Positions 51,400 through 61,500 of a stretch of DNA of 64,000 bases are shown piece after piece; positions within the stretch are counted from its first letter, which is position 1; every line of letters starts with the position of its first letter. The stretch is from the NCBI GenBank assembly GCA_026134085.1, contig JAOQIN010000004.1, positions 26 through 64,025 on the forward strand. Direction: 5' to 3'. A program made the position numbers and the translations under genes. The DNA comes from Candidatus Methanoxibalbensis ujae. Its GTDB lineage: Archaea > Halobacteriota > Syntropharchaeia > Alkanophagales > Methanospirareceae. The notes under the pieces are model-generated. The model ran no database searches. It worked only from the letters and a program-made list of their open reading frames with translations, and was not told where the DNA came from.

Positions 51400-52396
51400 G
51401 GTAGCGTAATACCTAGCCGCTTAATTGGCGGCTTGCACGAAAGGAGGAACGAGCCTCCCGCTGTCCCCAGCCGGAACCCGGCGAAATCCACATCCTGGGG
51501 AACGGTCCAGGGACCCCCGAGGGGAAGCGAAGACCCCGTGGAGCTTTACTGCAGCCTGCCGCTGGACCATGGCTTCGGATGTAGAGCGTAGGTGGGAGGC
51601 AGTGAGACGCTCTCGCCAGGGGGCGTGGAGCCGCCAATGGAACACCACCCTTCCGAGGTTGTGGTCCTTACCCGAAAGGGGACAACGGCAGGTGGGCAGT
51701 TTGGGTGGGGCGCCACGCCCTCGAAAAAATATCGAGGGCGCCCAAAGGTCGGCTCAGCCGGGTCAGAACTCCGGCGTAGAGTGCAAGGGCAAAAGCCGGC
51801 CTGACGTGACCCCGCATACCAAAGGGTCACGAGCCGAAAGGCGGGCCTAGCGAACCTTTGAGGGTCATTGGTAGGCCCCAAAGACGTCAGAAAAGCTACC
51901 CCGGGGATAACTGAGTTGTCTCCGGCGAGAGTCCACATCGACCCGGAGGCTTGCTACTTCGATGTCGGCTCTTTCCATCCTGGGCGTGCAGCAGCGCCCA
52001 AGGGTAAGACTGTTCGTCTGTTAAAGGAGATCGTGAGCTGGGTTTAGAACGTCGCGAGACAGTTCGGTTGCTATCTATCGGGGGTGTTGGAGGTCTGAGG
52101 GGAAGCTCCCCCTAGTACGAGAGGAACGGGGGAGCGGCGCCTCTGGTGTACCGGTTGTCCGACAGGGCAACGCCGGGCAGCTACGCGCCACTGGATAAGA
52201 GCTGAAAGCATCTAAGCTCGAAGCCACCCCCGAAAAGAGACCTCCAGGGCACCGCTAGAACAGCGGTTTGATAGAGCCGGGGTGTAAGTGCCGAGGCGAA
52301 AGCCGAGGCATTCAGCCCGCGGCTACTAACGCCCGTAGCCAGCTCTTAAAGCCCTGCCACTCCTCCAGATGAAGCCGGAACCGCGAAGTGCCTCAT

Positions 52397-52468
52397 GCCA
52401 AGGTGGCGGAGAGGCTACGCGGCTGACTGCAGATCAGCTATACCCCGGTTCAAATCCGGGCCTTGGCT
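52397..52468 (+). tRNA. tRNA-Cys (anticodon GCA) distal to the 23S rRNA
   Basis: Acceptor GCCAAGG/CCTTGGC, anticodon stem GCTGA/TCAGC with loop CTGCAGA, T arm CCCGG-TTCAAAT-CCGGG. Confidence 0.9.
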
Positions 52469-52644
52469 TAAGTCATTTCCTCCTCTCAAAGCTCAAGGAT
52501 TGGCTTATATCTTATATAATTGTTATTAAAATTCATGAAAATAAATTTAATAATTTTAGAAAAATTTATTTTTTATTTTGAAAATAAAAATTGAAATTAT
52601 TCATAATCATAAAAACTAACTCTAAATTTTAAATGTTGTGACTT

Positions 52645-52680
52645 AACAGATGCAATATAAAAAAAACAGATGCAATATAA
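52645..52680. repeat. 16-nt direct repeat (aacagatgcaatataa) x2 with 20-nt period
   Basis: Copies at 52645-52660 and 52665-52680, counted base by base. They lie at the end of a ~170-nt almost pure A/T stretch following tRNA-Cys. Confidence 0.9.
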
Positions 52681-52860
52681 GAAGGAGGTGCGCGAGCTAT
52701 TTCAAAGCTATGGCCACTCTGCTCATATTCCATAGGTAAGCTTTCTCTTGGGGAAGTGGTTGCACGAGGAACACGGAAAGGATTTCGGAGATTGCTTTGA
52801 AATTGATCCCACATCCTTGCTCATTGAGGAATTCGCCAGGAAATCTCATGCAATGAAGTC

Positions 52861-53790
52861 ATGAGGTGGACAGGTGTGAAGGAAAGAACTGATATTCACC
52901 AGAGGATATTAAGAGTGATTGGTATTGATGGCAAAAGGTTGGATAGGTCCTCCTACAAATTACAAAATGGCAAAATGGTAATGTTCAGATATTCAAAACC
53001 TTATATACGTGGTGATCTATTAGATTACTGGTTTGGTCTATCAAAGGAAAAATTTGAGAGATATTCCTCTGAGAGTTTTTTTGTGTTATTCATTTGCGGA
53101 TCAGATGACCAAGTCCTGGTCATACCTTCTTCATATTTATCAGAACTGCTGAGAGATGTGGGCACAGCCATAGACAATCACTGGAAACTTCATATTTTCA
53201 AGCGCGAGAATATCTTTGAAATTTCAGTTACGGGAAAACCAGATGAGGATGTATCAAAGTATCTCAATAAATATGAGCTGTTAGTGGAAGGAACAGAGCA
53301 TGTTCCAAAAACTCCAGCATCTATGGATATAGAAGATAAAATAATGAATCTTGATGGCGTGCAGGGAAATTTACATGATAAACTGGCAGATATGGTCAGG
53401 CAGATCGGAGAATGGATGGGTTATAAATCAATACGCAATTATCGTGTCCGTCCTGATGCGCCTTATTTGGATGTGGCGTGGTTATTAAACGATGCTATAC
53501 ATATAGCAATAGAAGTCCAAATCGGAGAAATCAGAGGCAACCTCACGGAGGTAAAAGATCGTTTGATCCTTGCAAAACGTTTCGGAGCCAGGAAATGTAT
53601 AATTATCTCCAAACCCGAGAGCGTAGAAAGAATAAGAAGTCTCTTTCGTTACGAAACAGAAATTAAACACTGGATTGAGATCTGGGGATTGGAGAGAATA
53701 TATATTATGTTTGTAAGCGGGAGAATCTTCTTTGAAAACTTCAATGAATTCAACAGACATCAATATCGTGATGACATTGTTTTTGTGTGA
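52861..53790 (+). CDS. Hypothetical protein with a C-terminal PD-(D/E)xK-like (restriction-endonuclease-fold) region (island 2)
   Basis: 309 aa. The C-terminal half MVRQIGEWMGYKS...PYLDVAWLLNDAIHIAIEVQIG...KCIIISK has the pattern of endonuclease-fold domains (D ... E-x-Q/K on consecutive strands). N-terminal domain unknown. Confidence 0.4.
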   Translation: MRWTGVKERTDIHQRILRVIGIDGKRLDRSSYKLQNGKMVMFRYSKPYIRGDLLDYWFGLSKEKFERYSSESFFVLFICGSDDQVLVIPSSYLSELLRDVGTAIDNHWKLHIFKRENIFEISVTGKPDEDVSKYLNKYELLVEGTEHVPKTPASMDIEDKIMNLDGVQGNLHDKLADMVRQIGEWMGYKSIRNYRVRPDAPYLDVAWLLNDAIHIAIEVQIGEIRGNLTEVKDRLILAKRFGARKCIIISKPESVERIRSLFRYETEIKHWIEIWGLERIYIMFVSGRIFFENFNEFNRHQYRDDIVFV

Positions 53791-53920
53791 ATGACTGTGT
53801 GAACAGTGCCGCCTGCAACTCTCCGCTTTGCCTCGGTGTCTCTGCAGATAAGGCATCTGTCCTCGCCACGCTTCGCTCAGCGCATACACTCCAGACGCGA
53901 ATCATGGCAGGTGATGGATA

Positions 53921-56900
53921 ATGGAGGCGGGAGATATTATTGAAGGGCCGTTCTGGAATGAACCTGTCAGGATTGAAAGAATTGAGAATGTGGAGAATTA
54001 TATACGAATTGTAGGTTTTACAACCCGCTCAAATCAACCTGTTGATGTATTCCTGAAAAGAGAAGAGATAAACAGATTGAAAATTATTGAAGATATAATC
54101 GACCTTTCTTCTGATCCTGAAAATACATTTTTTGCTATTGAAGCAACCCGGTTCAGATATGCATCTCTTTTTGACCCACTTCTTGCGATGAATGTCTCCA
54201 GAATAGATCCACTTCCATTTCAGATAGAAGCTGTATATGGATATGTTCTGAAACAACCACACATAAGATTTTTAATTGCGGATGACCCTGGTGCAGGAAA
54301 GACAATAATGGCGGGACTTATACTGAAAGAGCTTAAATTAAGAAGACTTGTAAAAAGAATATTGATTGTGGTTCCAGGACACCTGAAAGACCAGTGGAGA
54401 AGAGAATTAAAGGAAAAATTTGATGAGAAATTTGTGGTGATTGACAGAAATACTTTCAACGCCCATTATGGAGAAAGCCCCTGGGACGATCAGGTGATAA
54501 CATCCATTGATTTTGCAAAGCAGGATGAGATTCTTTCAACTCTCAGATCTGCTCATTGGGATCTGGTGATAGTTGATGAAGCACACAAAATGTCCGCATA
54601 CAGATACGGTGATAAAATCTCAAAAACCAGGCGATATAAACTCGGGGAAGTTCTGTCCAAAACATCAGACCACCTTTTATTCCTGACAGCGACCCCGCAC
54701 AAAGGAGACCCCGAAAACTTCAGACTCTTTCTGGATCTTCTGATGCCGGGATTTTTTGCATCTCCTGAAATGGTGGAGGAATCTCTCAAGAACAAAGACA
54801 ATCCTTTATTCATAAGAAGGCTGAAAGAAGACCTCAAAGACTTTGAAGGAAAACCCATCTTCACGAGAAGATTCCCAAAAACGATAAAATTTCATCTATC
54901 TGAGCCTGAGAAGGAATTATATAATGAAGTTTCACGTTATGTAATTGAACAATACAACAGAGCATTGCAATCTGACAAAAAAAGAAATGTTGCGTTTGCT
55001 CTTATGATCCTTCAGAGAAGGATGGCATCAAGCACATACGCTCTTTTAAAGTCGTTGGAGAGGCGAAAAAATAGATTGGAGAATATATTAAATGGTGGGA
55101 GGGTGCAAAGAGAGACAACTGTTGACTTTGAAGAATTGGAGGACCTTGAAGAACATGAAAGATGGAAAAAGGAAGAAGAATGGGAGGCACTCACCTCAGC
55201 AAAAGACCCGGAAGAGTTGAGAGATGAAATAAAAACTCTCAAAAAGCTCATTGAAAAAGCAAAGGAGGTGATAAAAGGTGAGAATGAAGTGAAGCTGAGA
55301 GAGCTCAAAAAGGCGATAGAGGATGGTTTTAAAATCAAGAAGATAGAAGGCAGATCAAAAATATTGATATTCACAGAATCAAAGGACACACTTGAACACC
55401 TTGTGGAAAAAATAAGAGCATGGGGCTATAAAGTAAATTACATCCATGGAGGGATGGGAACAGATGAAAGGATAAAAGCAGAAAAGGTGTTCAGGGATGA
55501 TACGGAAATCATGGTCGCAACAGAGGCTGCGGGAGAGGGAATAAACCTCCAGTTCTGCCATATCATGATAAATTATGACATCCCCTGGAATCCCAATCGC
55601 CTGGAGCAGAGGATGGGAAGAATTCACAGATATGGACAGCAGATGGATGTTTATATATTCAATCTTGTGGCAGAGGATACAAGAGAAGGGAAAGTTCTGG
55701 CAAAACTTTTTGATAAACTTGAAGAGATAAGAGACAAGCTCGGGAGTGATAGGGTTTTTGATGTCATCGGTGATGTGTTTGAAGGTAAAAACCTTTATCA
55801 GTTAATTCTTGATGCCGTAACAAATGCAAAGAGCATGGATGAGATTTTGAAAGAGTTGGATGTCAAGCCTGACGGGAAATACATATCAAAAATAAGAGAG
55901 GCACTGGGCGAAAGTCTGGCAACGAGATTCATTGACTACACCAGAATAAAAGAGATGGCTGAAAGGGCAGAAGAACACAGGCTTGTTCCAGAGTATGTGG
56001 AGGAGTTCTTCAAAAGAGCTTTCAAAAAAGCTGGGGGAAAATTCAAAATTAAGGGAGGTTTCATAGCCATAGATTCTGTTCCTTATGAAATAAGGAAGAT
56101 TGCGGAAAGTGTTGAATTCAAAAACAGATATGGTGTTGTGATGAGAAGGTATCCCAAAACAACATTTGACAGGGAGGTTGCATTCAAGAACCCCGGGGCG
56201 GAGTTCATATCGTTCGGGCATCCCTTGCTTGAAGCTCTTTTGCAGTGGGTCGTTGAAAAATTTGGAGAAGAAGCAAAAAGAGGTGCTGTCTTCAAAGACC
56301 CTTCCGGAAGGTTAAATGGTTATATATGGTTTTACATAGGGGAGGTAAGAGATGGAAAGGGTGAAGTTGCCGGCAGGAAAATCCTCGCGATTTATGATGA
56401 CGGAGAAAACAAAAGAGAAACAAACCCCGCAATTCTGTGGGATCTCTCTCCTGTATATAATTCCGATAATTCCGATGATTTGCCCGATAAAAACAGATTA
56501 CTGCCTTTTGTGATAGATGCGGTTGGAAGATATAAAGAAGGAATAGCAGAAGAAAGAAGAAGGCAGGCGGAAATAAAAAGAAAGTATGGGCTAAAGTCTC
56601 TTGATTATCTCATAGGGAAGCTTGATGAGGAGCTTGCTGAGTTGTATGAGAGGCAAGCAATAGGCGAAAATGTGGATTTGCCCATCAGAAATAAAGAGGA
56701 GCAGAAGAAAAGATACGAAGAGGCGAGAAAAACTCTCAGAAATGAAATAGAGCTGGAGCAGAGTTTGAGCATATCCATGCCAGAGTTTTTGACCGTTGTC
56801 AGGGTAATTCCTGAGAGGAGTGAAATTGTTGAAGTTGAGGATGAGGAGATTGAGAGAAAGGGAATGGAATTGGCGATGGAATATGAGAGAAAGCAGGGAA

Positions 56901-57220
56901 GAGTTCCTGAAGATGTGTCAAAGGAAAACATCGGTTTTGATATTCGCTCAAAAGGTGGGGGAGAAACAAGATACATAGAGGTAAAGGCGAGGGCAGAAGA
57001 GGGAGATGTCGCTCTGACTCCAAATGAGTGGTTCAAGGCAAAAAGGTTCAGGGAGCAGTACTGGCTTTATGTTGTGGCAAATGCGGCAACGAATCCTGTG
57101 CTTTACATTATAAACAACCCCGCAGAAAACCTGAGGCCACAGGAGAAAATTGAGGTTGTGAGATTTGTAGTTCCCACAAAAGAGTGGAAAAACAGAAGTA
57201 GTGATGTGTGGAGAGGGTGA
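53921..57220 (+). CDS. SNF2-family helicase fused to a C-terminal DUF3883 (PD-(D/E)xK-like) domain (island 2)
   Basis: 1099 aa. Motif I ADDPGAGKT, motif II VIVDEAHKM, motif III LLFLTATPHKGD, motifs V/VI TEAAGEGINLQ and NPNRLEQRMGRIHRYGQ. C-terminus GFDIRSKGGGETRYIEVKARAEEGDVALTPNEWFKAKRFREQYWLYVV. Confidence 0.9.
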   Translation: MEAGDIIEGPFWNEPVRIERIENVENYIRIVGFTTRSNQPVDVFLKREEINRLKIIEDIIDLSSDPENTFFAIEATRFRYASLFDPLLAMNVSRIDPLPFQIEAVYGYVLKQPHIRFLIADDPGAGKTIMAGLILKELKLRRLVKRILIVVPGHLKDQWRRELKEKFDEKFVVIDRNTFNAHYGESPWDDQVITSIDFAKQDEILSTLRSAHWDLVIVDEAHKMSAYRYGDKISKTRRYKLGEVLSKTSDHLLFLTATPHKGDPENFRLFLDLLMPGFFASPEMVEESLKNKDNPLFIRRLKEDLKDFEGKPIFTRRFPKTIKFHLSEPEKELYNEVSRYVIEQYNRALQSDKKRNVAFALMILQRRMASSTYALLKSLERRKNRLENILNGGRVQRETTVDFEELEDLEEHERWKKEEEWEALTSAKDPEELRDEIKTLKKLIEKAKEVIKGENEVKLRELKKAIEDGFKIKKIEGRSKILIFTESKDTLEHLVEKIRAWGYKVNYIHGGMGTDERIKAEKVFRDDTEIMVATEAAGEGINLQFCHIMINYDIPWNPNRLEQRMGRIHRYGQQMDVYIFNLVAEDTREGKVLAKLFDKLEEIRDKLGSDRVFDVIGDVFEGKNLYQLILDAVTNAKSMDEILKELDVKPDGKYISKIREALGESLATRFIDYTRIKEMAERAEEHRLVPEYVEEFFKRAFKKAGGKFKIKGGFIAIDSVPYEIRKIAESVEFKNRYGVVMRRYPKTTFDREVAFKNPGAEFISFGHPLLEALLQWVVEKFGEEAKRGAVFKDPSGRLNGYIWFYIGEVRDGKGEVAGRKILAIYDDGENKRETNPAILWDLSPVYNSDNSDDLPDKNRLLPFVIDAVGRYKEGIAEERRRQAEIKRKYGLKSLDYLIGKLDEELAELYERQAIGENVDLPIRNKEEQKKRYEEARKTLRNEIELEQSLSISMPEFLTVVRVIPERSEIVEVEDEEIERKGMELAMEYERKQGRVPEDVSKENIGFDIRSKGGGETRYIEVKARAEEGDVALTPNEWFKAKRFREQYWLYVVANAATNPVLYIINNPAENLRPQEKIEVVRFVVPTKEWKNRSSDVWRG

Positions 57221-57346
57221 GGAATGGAGAGATGGATAATACAACAGAGAGGATTTCAAATCAATTGTGAGGAATTACATCGCAGAAAAAAGAGAGCAGC
57301 CAGAATACGCGATGTGAGTTATCCTACTTATTTCTGAAAGAAGGTA

Positions 57347-57380
57347 TTGAGATATGAGCGCTGTTGAGATATGAGCGCTG
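57347..57380. repeat. Perfect 17-nt tandem duplication (ttgagatatgagcgctg x2)
   Basis: Counted base by base. Lies inside the insertion. Confidence 0.95.
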
Positions 57381-57793
57381 AAACAGTTAAAACTTAATCA
57401 GGTTGAGATTGTTTCACTTGCGGATTATGCTGTGAAGAACACTGTGCCGCTCCAACCCGTCAACATCAAACACAAACATATTCAAACATATAAATAACGC
57501 CGTTTCCTCCCATGACATTGTGAGAGTGTGAATTTTATACCGCCTCCGATCCAGGAAAACCTGAAATTACAGGGAATTATGAGAGGATGAAGGAAAAATA
57601 AAAGAATTGAGAAAGTCTTAAATGGTCCGACTCAAATATTGGCTCACGAGCAGGAGAAAGTCATGTCTCAGAAAGTGACTGGGACATTTTCATTGCTTTG
57701 ATTGTTTTGAAGTCGCAGCTCTGGAAAAATGAGAATACAGCATGAGATGGACACTGCATAAAAAATTCCGCAAATCTTCCACTGATGTGTTTT

Positions 57794-57827
57794 GAATATG
57801 TAAGAATATGGAATATGTAAGAATATG
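57794..57827. repeat. Perfect 17-nt tandem duplication (gaatatgtaagaatatg x2)
   Basis: Counted base by base. Lies inside the insertion. Confidence 0.95.
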
Positions 57828-58809
57828 TAAAATCGGAGACTCATAGTGGGAACCCTCAACTGAATCTATTTGTTTTCATGCCCAACAGGCAGTTGAGAAG
57901 TTTATGCATATTTGACTCTGCATGACATATATGGACCCCGCTCTCAATCTCCTGGAACTTCTTCCTCTCTCACGCAGATGAGAGCATACCACTCTCCGCT
58001 ACCTATTATCTACCTTCAATGGGACGGTGAATTTGGGAACCTCTTGAAATATAAAGTCTGTCCAGTCTGCTTCACTTGATTTTGAATCCTGACTGGTTCA
58101 AAATAAAATACCTCTCTTATATCTCAGCAACATTCTTCCTTCTCCTCTTCAACTCCGATAAACTCCGATAAAGTTCAGTTTGTAGAGCATATTTCTTCTC
58201 GCTCTTTCGCAGGATACAACTTGCCCGTGACTTGCTCTCTCCTGCCATGTTGACTTCAGCATAATTCCGTGTTCTTAAATTCGCTTAAAAAGACAAAAAC
58301 ATCCGCCGGGTATGCGTCTCAGTGAATGATATTCCTGGTCGTTTTTGGATGCCCAGAATTCGGTTGTTTTAGCGAATAAACGAAGATTTAAATGGAATCT
58401 CTCTGGATGTTTTAAGGATGTTCAGTGGCTTTGCTCATGTGGTCTTTATCGTATGCCAAAATTTGAGAAAATTTATAATTCCGCTGCTCGCAAATACTTC
58501 CCTACGATACTTTAAGCAAAGATGAGATGAACAGAAAGAATGTGCTCTTCATAGTTGTTATTTTTCTCACAACTATAAAGGCTCTCATTCAGATGGGGAC
58601 CTCCCGCCGATAGAGTTGAAAATGAGAATTTACTCCATGATCTGAGAAGAATATCTGATAATATTTGAGAATGAATTTTAAAAAGTTGTCAGATTTAATT
58701 TATCAAAATTTTAACAAATGTATCAATAACATCAATAATAATGAAGGCTATAAAAAAACTTTTGTTTAATGAATTTTGAGAGCAATTTTGATTGAAGAGA
58801 GGATAAACA

Positions 58810-61500
58810 ATGAAAGATAAACGCTTCATAGAGGAAAGTTTTCCCGTGAAGGAAGTGAGTGAAATTTCTGCAAAGGAGAAGAACATCAGACATGGGCACA
58901 TATCAACCTTACATATATGGTGGGCACGCCGTCCGTTGGCTGCGTCAAGAGCAACGAGTTATGCCGCATTAATTCCTGCTCCAAAAGACGAGGTTGACTG
59001 GAATGAGAAGAGGCGGTTTATAATAGAGCTTTCAAAATGGGAAAATTCTTTGAATCAGGGCATAATCAAAAAAGCAAGAGAAGATGTTTTGAAGGTAAAT
59101 GGAGGAAATTTAAGGATTCTTGATTGCTTTGCGGGTGGAGGTTCCATACCTTTGGAGGCATTAAGGCTTGGATGTGAGACGCACGCAGTAGAATACAACC
59201 CTGTTGCAGTCCTCATCCTAAAATGCACCCTTGAGTATCCTCAGAAGTATGGAAAGCCTATGGGAAGGAATTGGGATTTTCTGAGTGGCAGGAATCCCCT
59301 TCTGGAGTATGTGAAAAAATGGGGGAATTGGGTTCTTAAAGAGGCAAAGAAGGAGATCGGTAGATTTTATCCGAGTGATGAGGATGGCTCAATTCCTGTT
59401 GGCTATATCTGGGCTCGCACAATTCCATGCCAGAATCCTGCATGTGGTGCTGAGATTCCTCTGATGAGACAGTTCTGGCTTGCTAAGAGGCGTAAGAGGG
59501 TTGCCCTGTATCCCTATGTTGACGGAAAGGAGGTAAAGTTCAAGATTGTTGGAGATGGCTATGAAAAGATGCCTGCGGGCTTTGATCCTTCAAAAGGCAC
59601 TGTCTCAAGGGCAATAGCGACATGTCCAGTTTGCGGTTATACAGCCGATGCAAACACAACAAGGAAACTCTTTCAGAAAGGAAAAGCAGGGCAGAGAATG
59701 GTTGCTGTTGTTCTGCATAAACTGGGCGAAAATGGAAAAAGATACAGGCTTGCAACGGAGAAGGATTTGGAGGTTTTCAGGGATGCGGAGAAGTATCTGG
59801 AAGAGAAAAGGGAAAGGTTGAGGGAGGAGTGGGGAATTGACCCTGTGCCGGATGAGGAATTAGACTGGAATTGCCTAAAACAGAGAGATGTGATGAGGTA
59901 TGGAATGACAAAATGGGGCGACCTTTTCAACTCCCGACAGAAGCTCGCTTTGATCACATTCACCGAAAAGGTGAGACTTTCTTATCAAAAGATGATTGAA
60001 GAGGGCTATGACAGAGAGTATGCGAAGGCGGTGGTGAGTTATTTAGCATGTGCAATAAGCAGGACTATAGACCAATCTACAGTTTTGGTTCCATGGATAA
60101 CACAATTAGAAGCAGTTGCACACACTTTTAATAGGCAAGCGTTAGGAATGGTCTGGGATTATATTGAGGCGTTTCCTTTCACTTATTTTTCTAATGCAGT
60201 TGATTGGATTTATAGAATAATTGCCCACCTCTCCCAGATTCCATATGTCGCATTCGAGGAGGAAGGAAAGTTAAGAATTCCCACCGTCACCCAATTCTCC
60301 GCCACAGAGCTTCCATATCCCGACAACCACTTTGATGCGGTTTTCACTGATCCGCCGTATTATGATAATATTAACTATGCAGAGCTTTCGGATTTCTTCT
60401 ATGTGTGGCTTAAAAGATGCGTGGGTGATTTATATCCCGAGCTGTTTATGACTCCGCTTGTTCCAAAAACAAAAGAAATTGTTTCAAATCCAGTAAGGCA
60501 CGGCTCTAACGAAAAAGCCAAAATATTCTTTGAATCCATGCTCAAAAAATCCTTTAAAGAGATTTCAAGAGTTTTAAAGCCCAATGGCATTACAACCATC
60601 GTTTACACTCACAAATCCACATCCGGCTGGGAAACCCTCATAAATTCTCTTCTTGAATCCGATCTTGTCGTTACCGCTTCCTGGCCTATTGATACTGAAA
60701 TGAAGTCTCGTTTACTCGCAAAAGGAAATGCCGCCCTCGCCTCTTCAATCTACTTCGTCTGCCGCAAAATGGAGAGAAAAGAAGTTGGATGGCTCAATGA
60801 GGTAAAAGAGGAGATCAAAAACCACATTTACAGAAAGCTGGAATCTCTCTGGGAAGAAGGAATAAGCGGTGCTGATTACTTCATCTCCGCAATAGGCTCA
60901 GCCATTGAGATATTCGGAAAATACAGGAAGGTTATGGATTATGAGGGGAACGAAATAAATGCGAGCAAACTGCTTGAGTATGTCCGCGAAATCGTAACTG
61001 ATTACGCTGTTAAACAGATTCTTCACAACGGCATTGCTGAGGAGCTTTCTCCCCTGACGAGATTCTACCTTCTCTGGCGCTGGACTTATGGAGAGGCAAG
61101 GGTTCATTTTGATGATGCCCGCAAATTGGCACAGTCAACAGGCGTTGATTTGGAAAAGGAGTGGAACAAAGGCTTCATAAAAAAAGAGAAAGAATTCATA
61201 ACACTGCTTGGCCCTCAGGAAAGGACGCTGGAGGAAATTGGCGATTTGACCGAGATGACGGATGTCCTTCACAAAGTCCTTCTTTTGTGGAAGGCTGGAA
61301 GGAAAGAGGAGATGAAAGAAGTTCTTGTAAAAACAGGATGCGGAAGGAAGGAGTCATTTTACAGAGTTGCTCAGGCAATATCCGAAACCTTACCAAACGG
61401 GAGCAAGGAGAAAAAACTCCTTGATGGCTTCCTAAGCGGGAGGGATAAACTGATTGATGAGATCAGGGACAAATATAGGCAGAGGAGGTTGTTTGAATGA
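58810..61500 (+). CDS. DUF1156/COG1743-type Zn-ribbon N6-adenine DNA methyltransferase (island 2)
   Basis: 896 aa. MKDKRFIEESFPVKEVSEISAKEKNIRHGHISTLHIWWARRP, ILDCFAGGGSIPLE, Zn ribbon CQNPACG...CPVCG, catalytic FTDPPYYDNINY. Confidence 0.9.
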   Translation: MKDKRFIEESFPVKEVSEISAKEKNIRHGHISTLHIWWARRPLAASRATSYAALIPAPKDEVDWNEKRRFIIELSKWENSLNQGIIKKAREDVLKVNGGNLRILDCFAGGGSIPLEALRLGCETHAVEYNPVAVLILKCTLEYPQKYGKPMGRNWDFLSGRNPLLEYVKKWGNWVLKEAKKEIGRFYPSDEDGSIPVGYIWARTIPCQNPACGAEIPLMRQFWLAKRRKRVALYPYVDGKEVKFKIVGDGYEKMPAGFDPSKGTVSRAIATCPVCGYTADANTTRKLFQKGKAGQRMVAVVLHKLGENGKRYRLATEKDLEVFRDAEKYLEEKRERLREEWGIDPVPDEELDWNCLKQRDVMRYGMTKWGDLFNSRQKLALITFTEKVRLSYQKMIEEGYDREYAKAVVSYLACAISRTIDQSTVLVPWITQLEAVAHTFNRQALGMVWDYIEAFPFTYFSNAVDWIYRIIAHLSQIPYVAFEEEGKLRIPTVTQFSATELPYPDNHFDAVFTDPPYYDNINYAELSDFFYVWLKRCVGDLYPELFMTPLVPKTKEIVSNPVRHGSNEKAKIFFESMLKKSFKEISRVLKPNGITTIVYTHKSTSGWETLINSLLESDLVVTASWPIDTEMKSRLLAKGNAALASSIYFVCRKMERKEVGWLNEVKEEIKNHIYRKLESLWEEGISGADYFISAIGSAIEIFGKYRKVMDYEGNEINASKLLEYVREIVTDYAVKQILHNGIAEELSPLTRFYLLWRWTYGEARVHFDDARKLAQSTGVDLEKEWNKGFIKKEKEFITLLGPQERTLEEIGDLTEMTDVLHKVLLLWKAGRKEEMKEVLVKTGCGRKESFYRVAQAISETLPNGSKEKKLLDGFLSGRDKLIDEIRDKYRQRRLFE

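Larger units (their letters stand above)
57255..58796. mobile_element. ~1.54-kb non-coding insertion (decayed IS or non-autonomous element) splitting the helicase-methylase operon
   Basis: Flanked by direct repeats (a)gagaggat at 57246-57254 and 58796-58804. Termini TTCAAATCAATTG (57255-57267) and CAATTTTGATTGAA (58783-58796; reverse complement TTCAATCAAAATTG) are imperfect inverted repeats. No ORF over 63 aa inside. Confidence 0.5.

Noticed and set aside
57224-57319. 31-codon ORF (MERWIIQQRGFQINCEELHRRKKRAARIRDV) right after the helicase stop.
   Set aside because: It crosses the predicted insertion boundary at 57255. In the reconstructed pre-insertion sequence it would be only 10 codons, so it is probably fortuitous.
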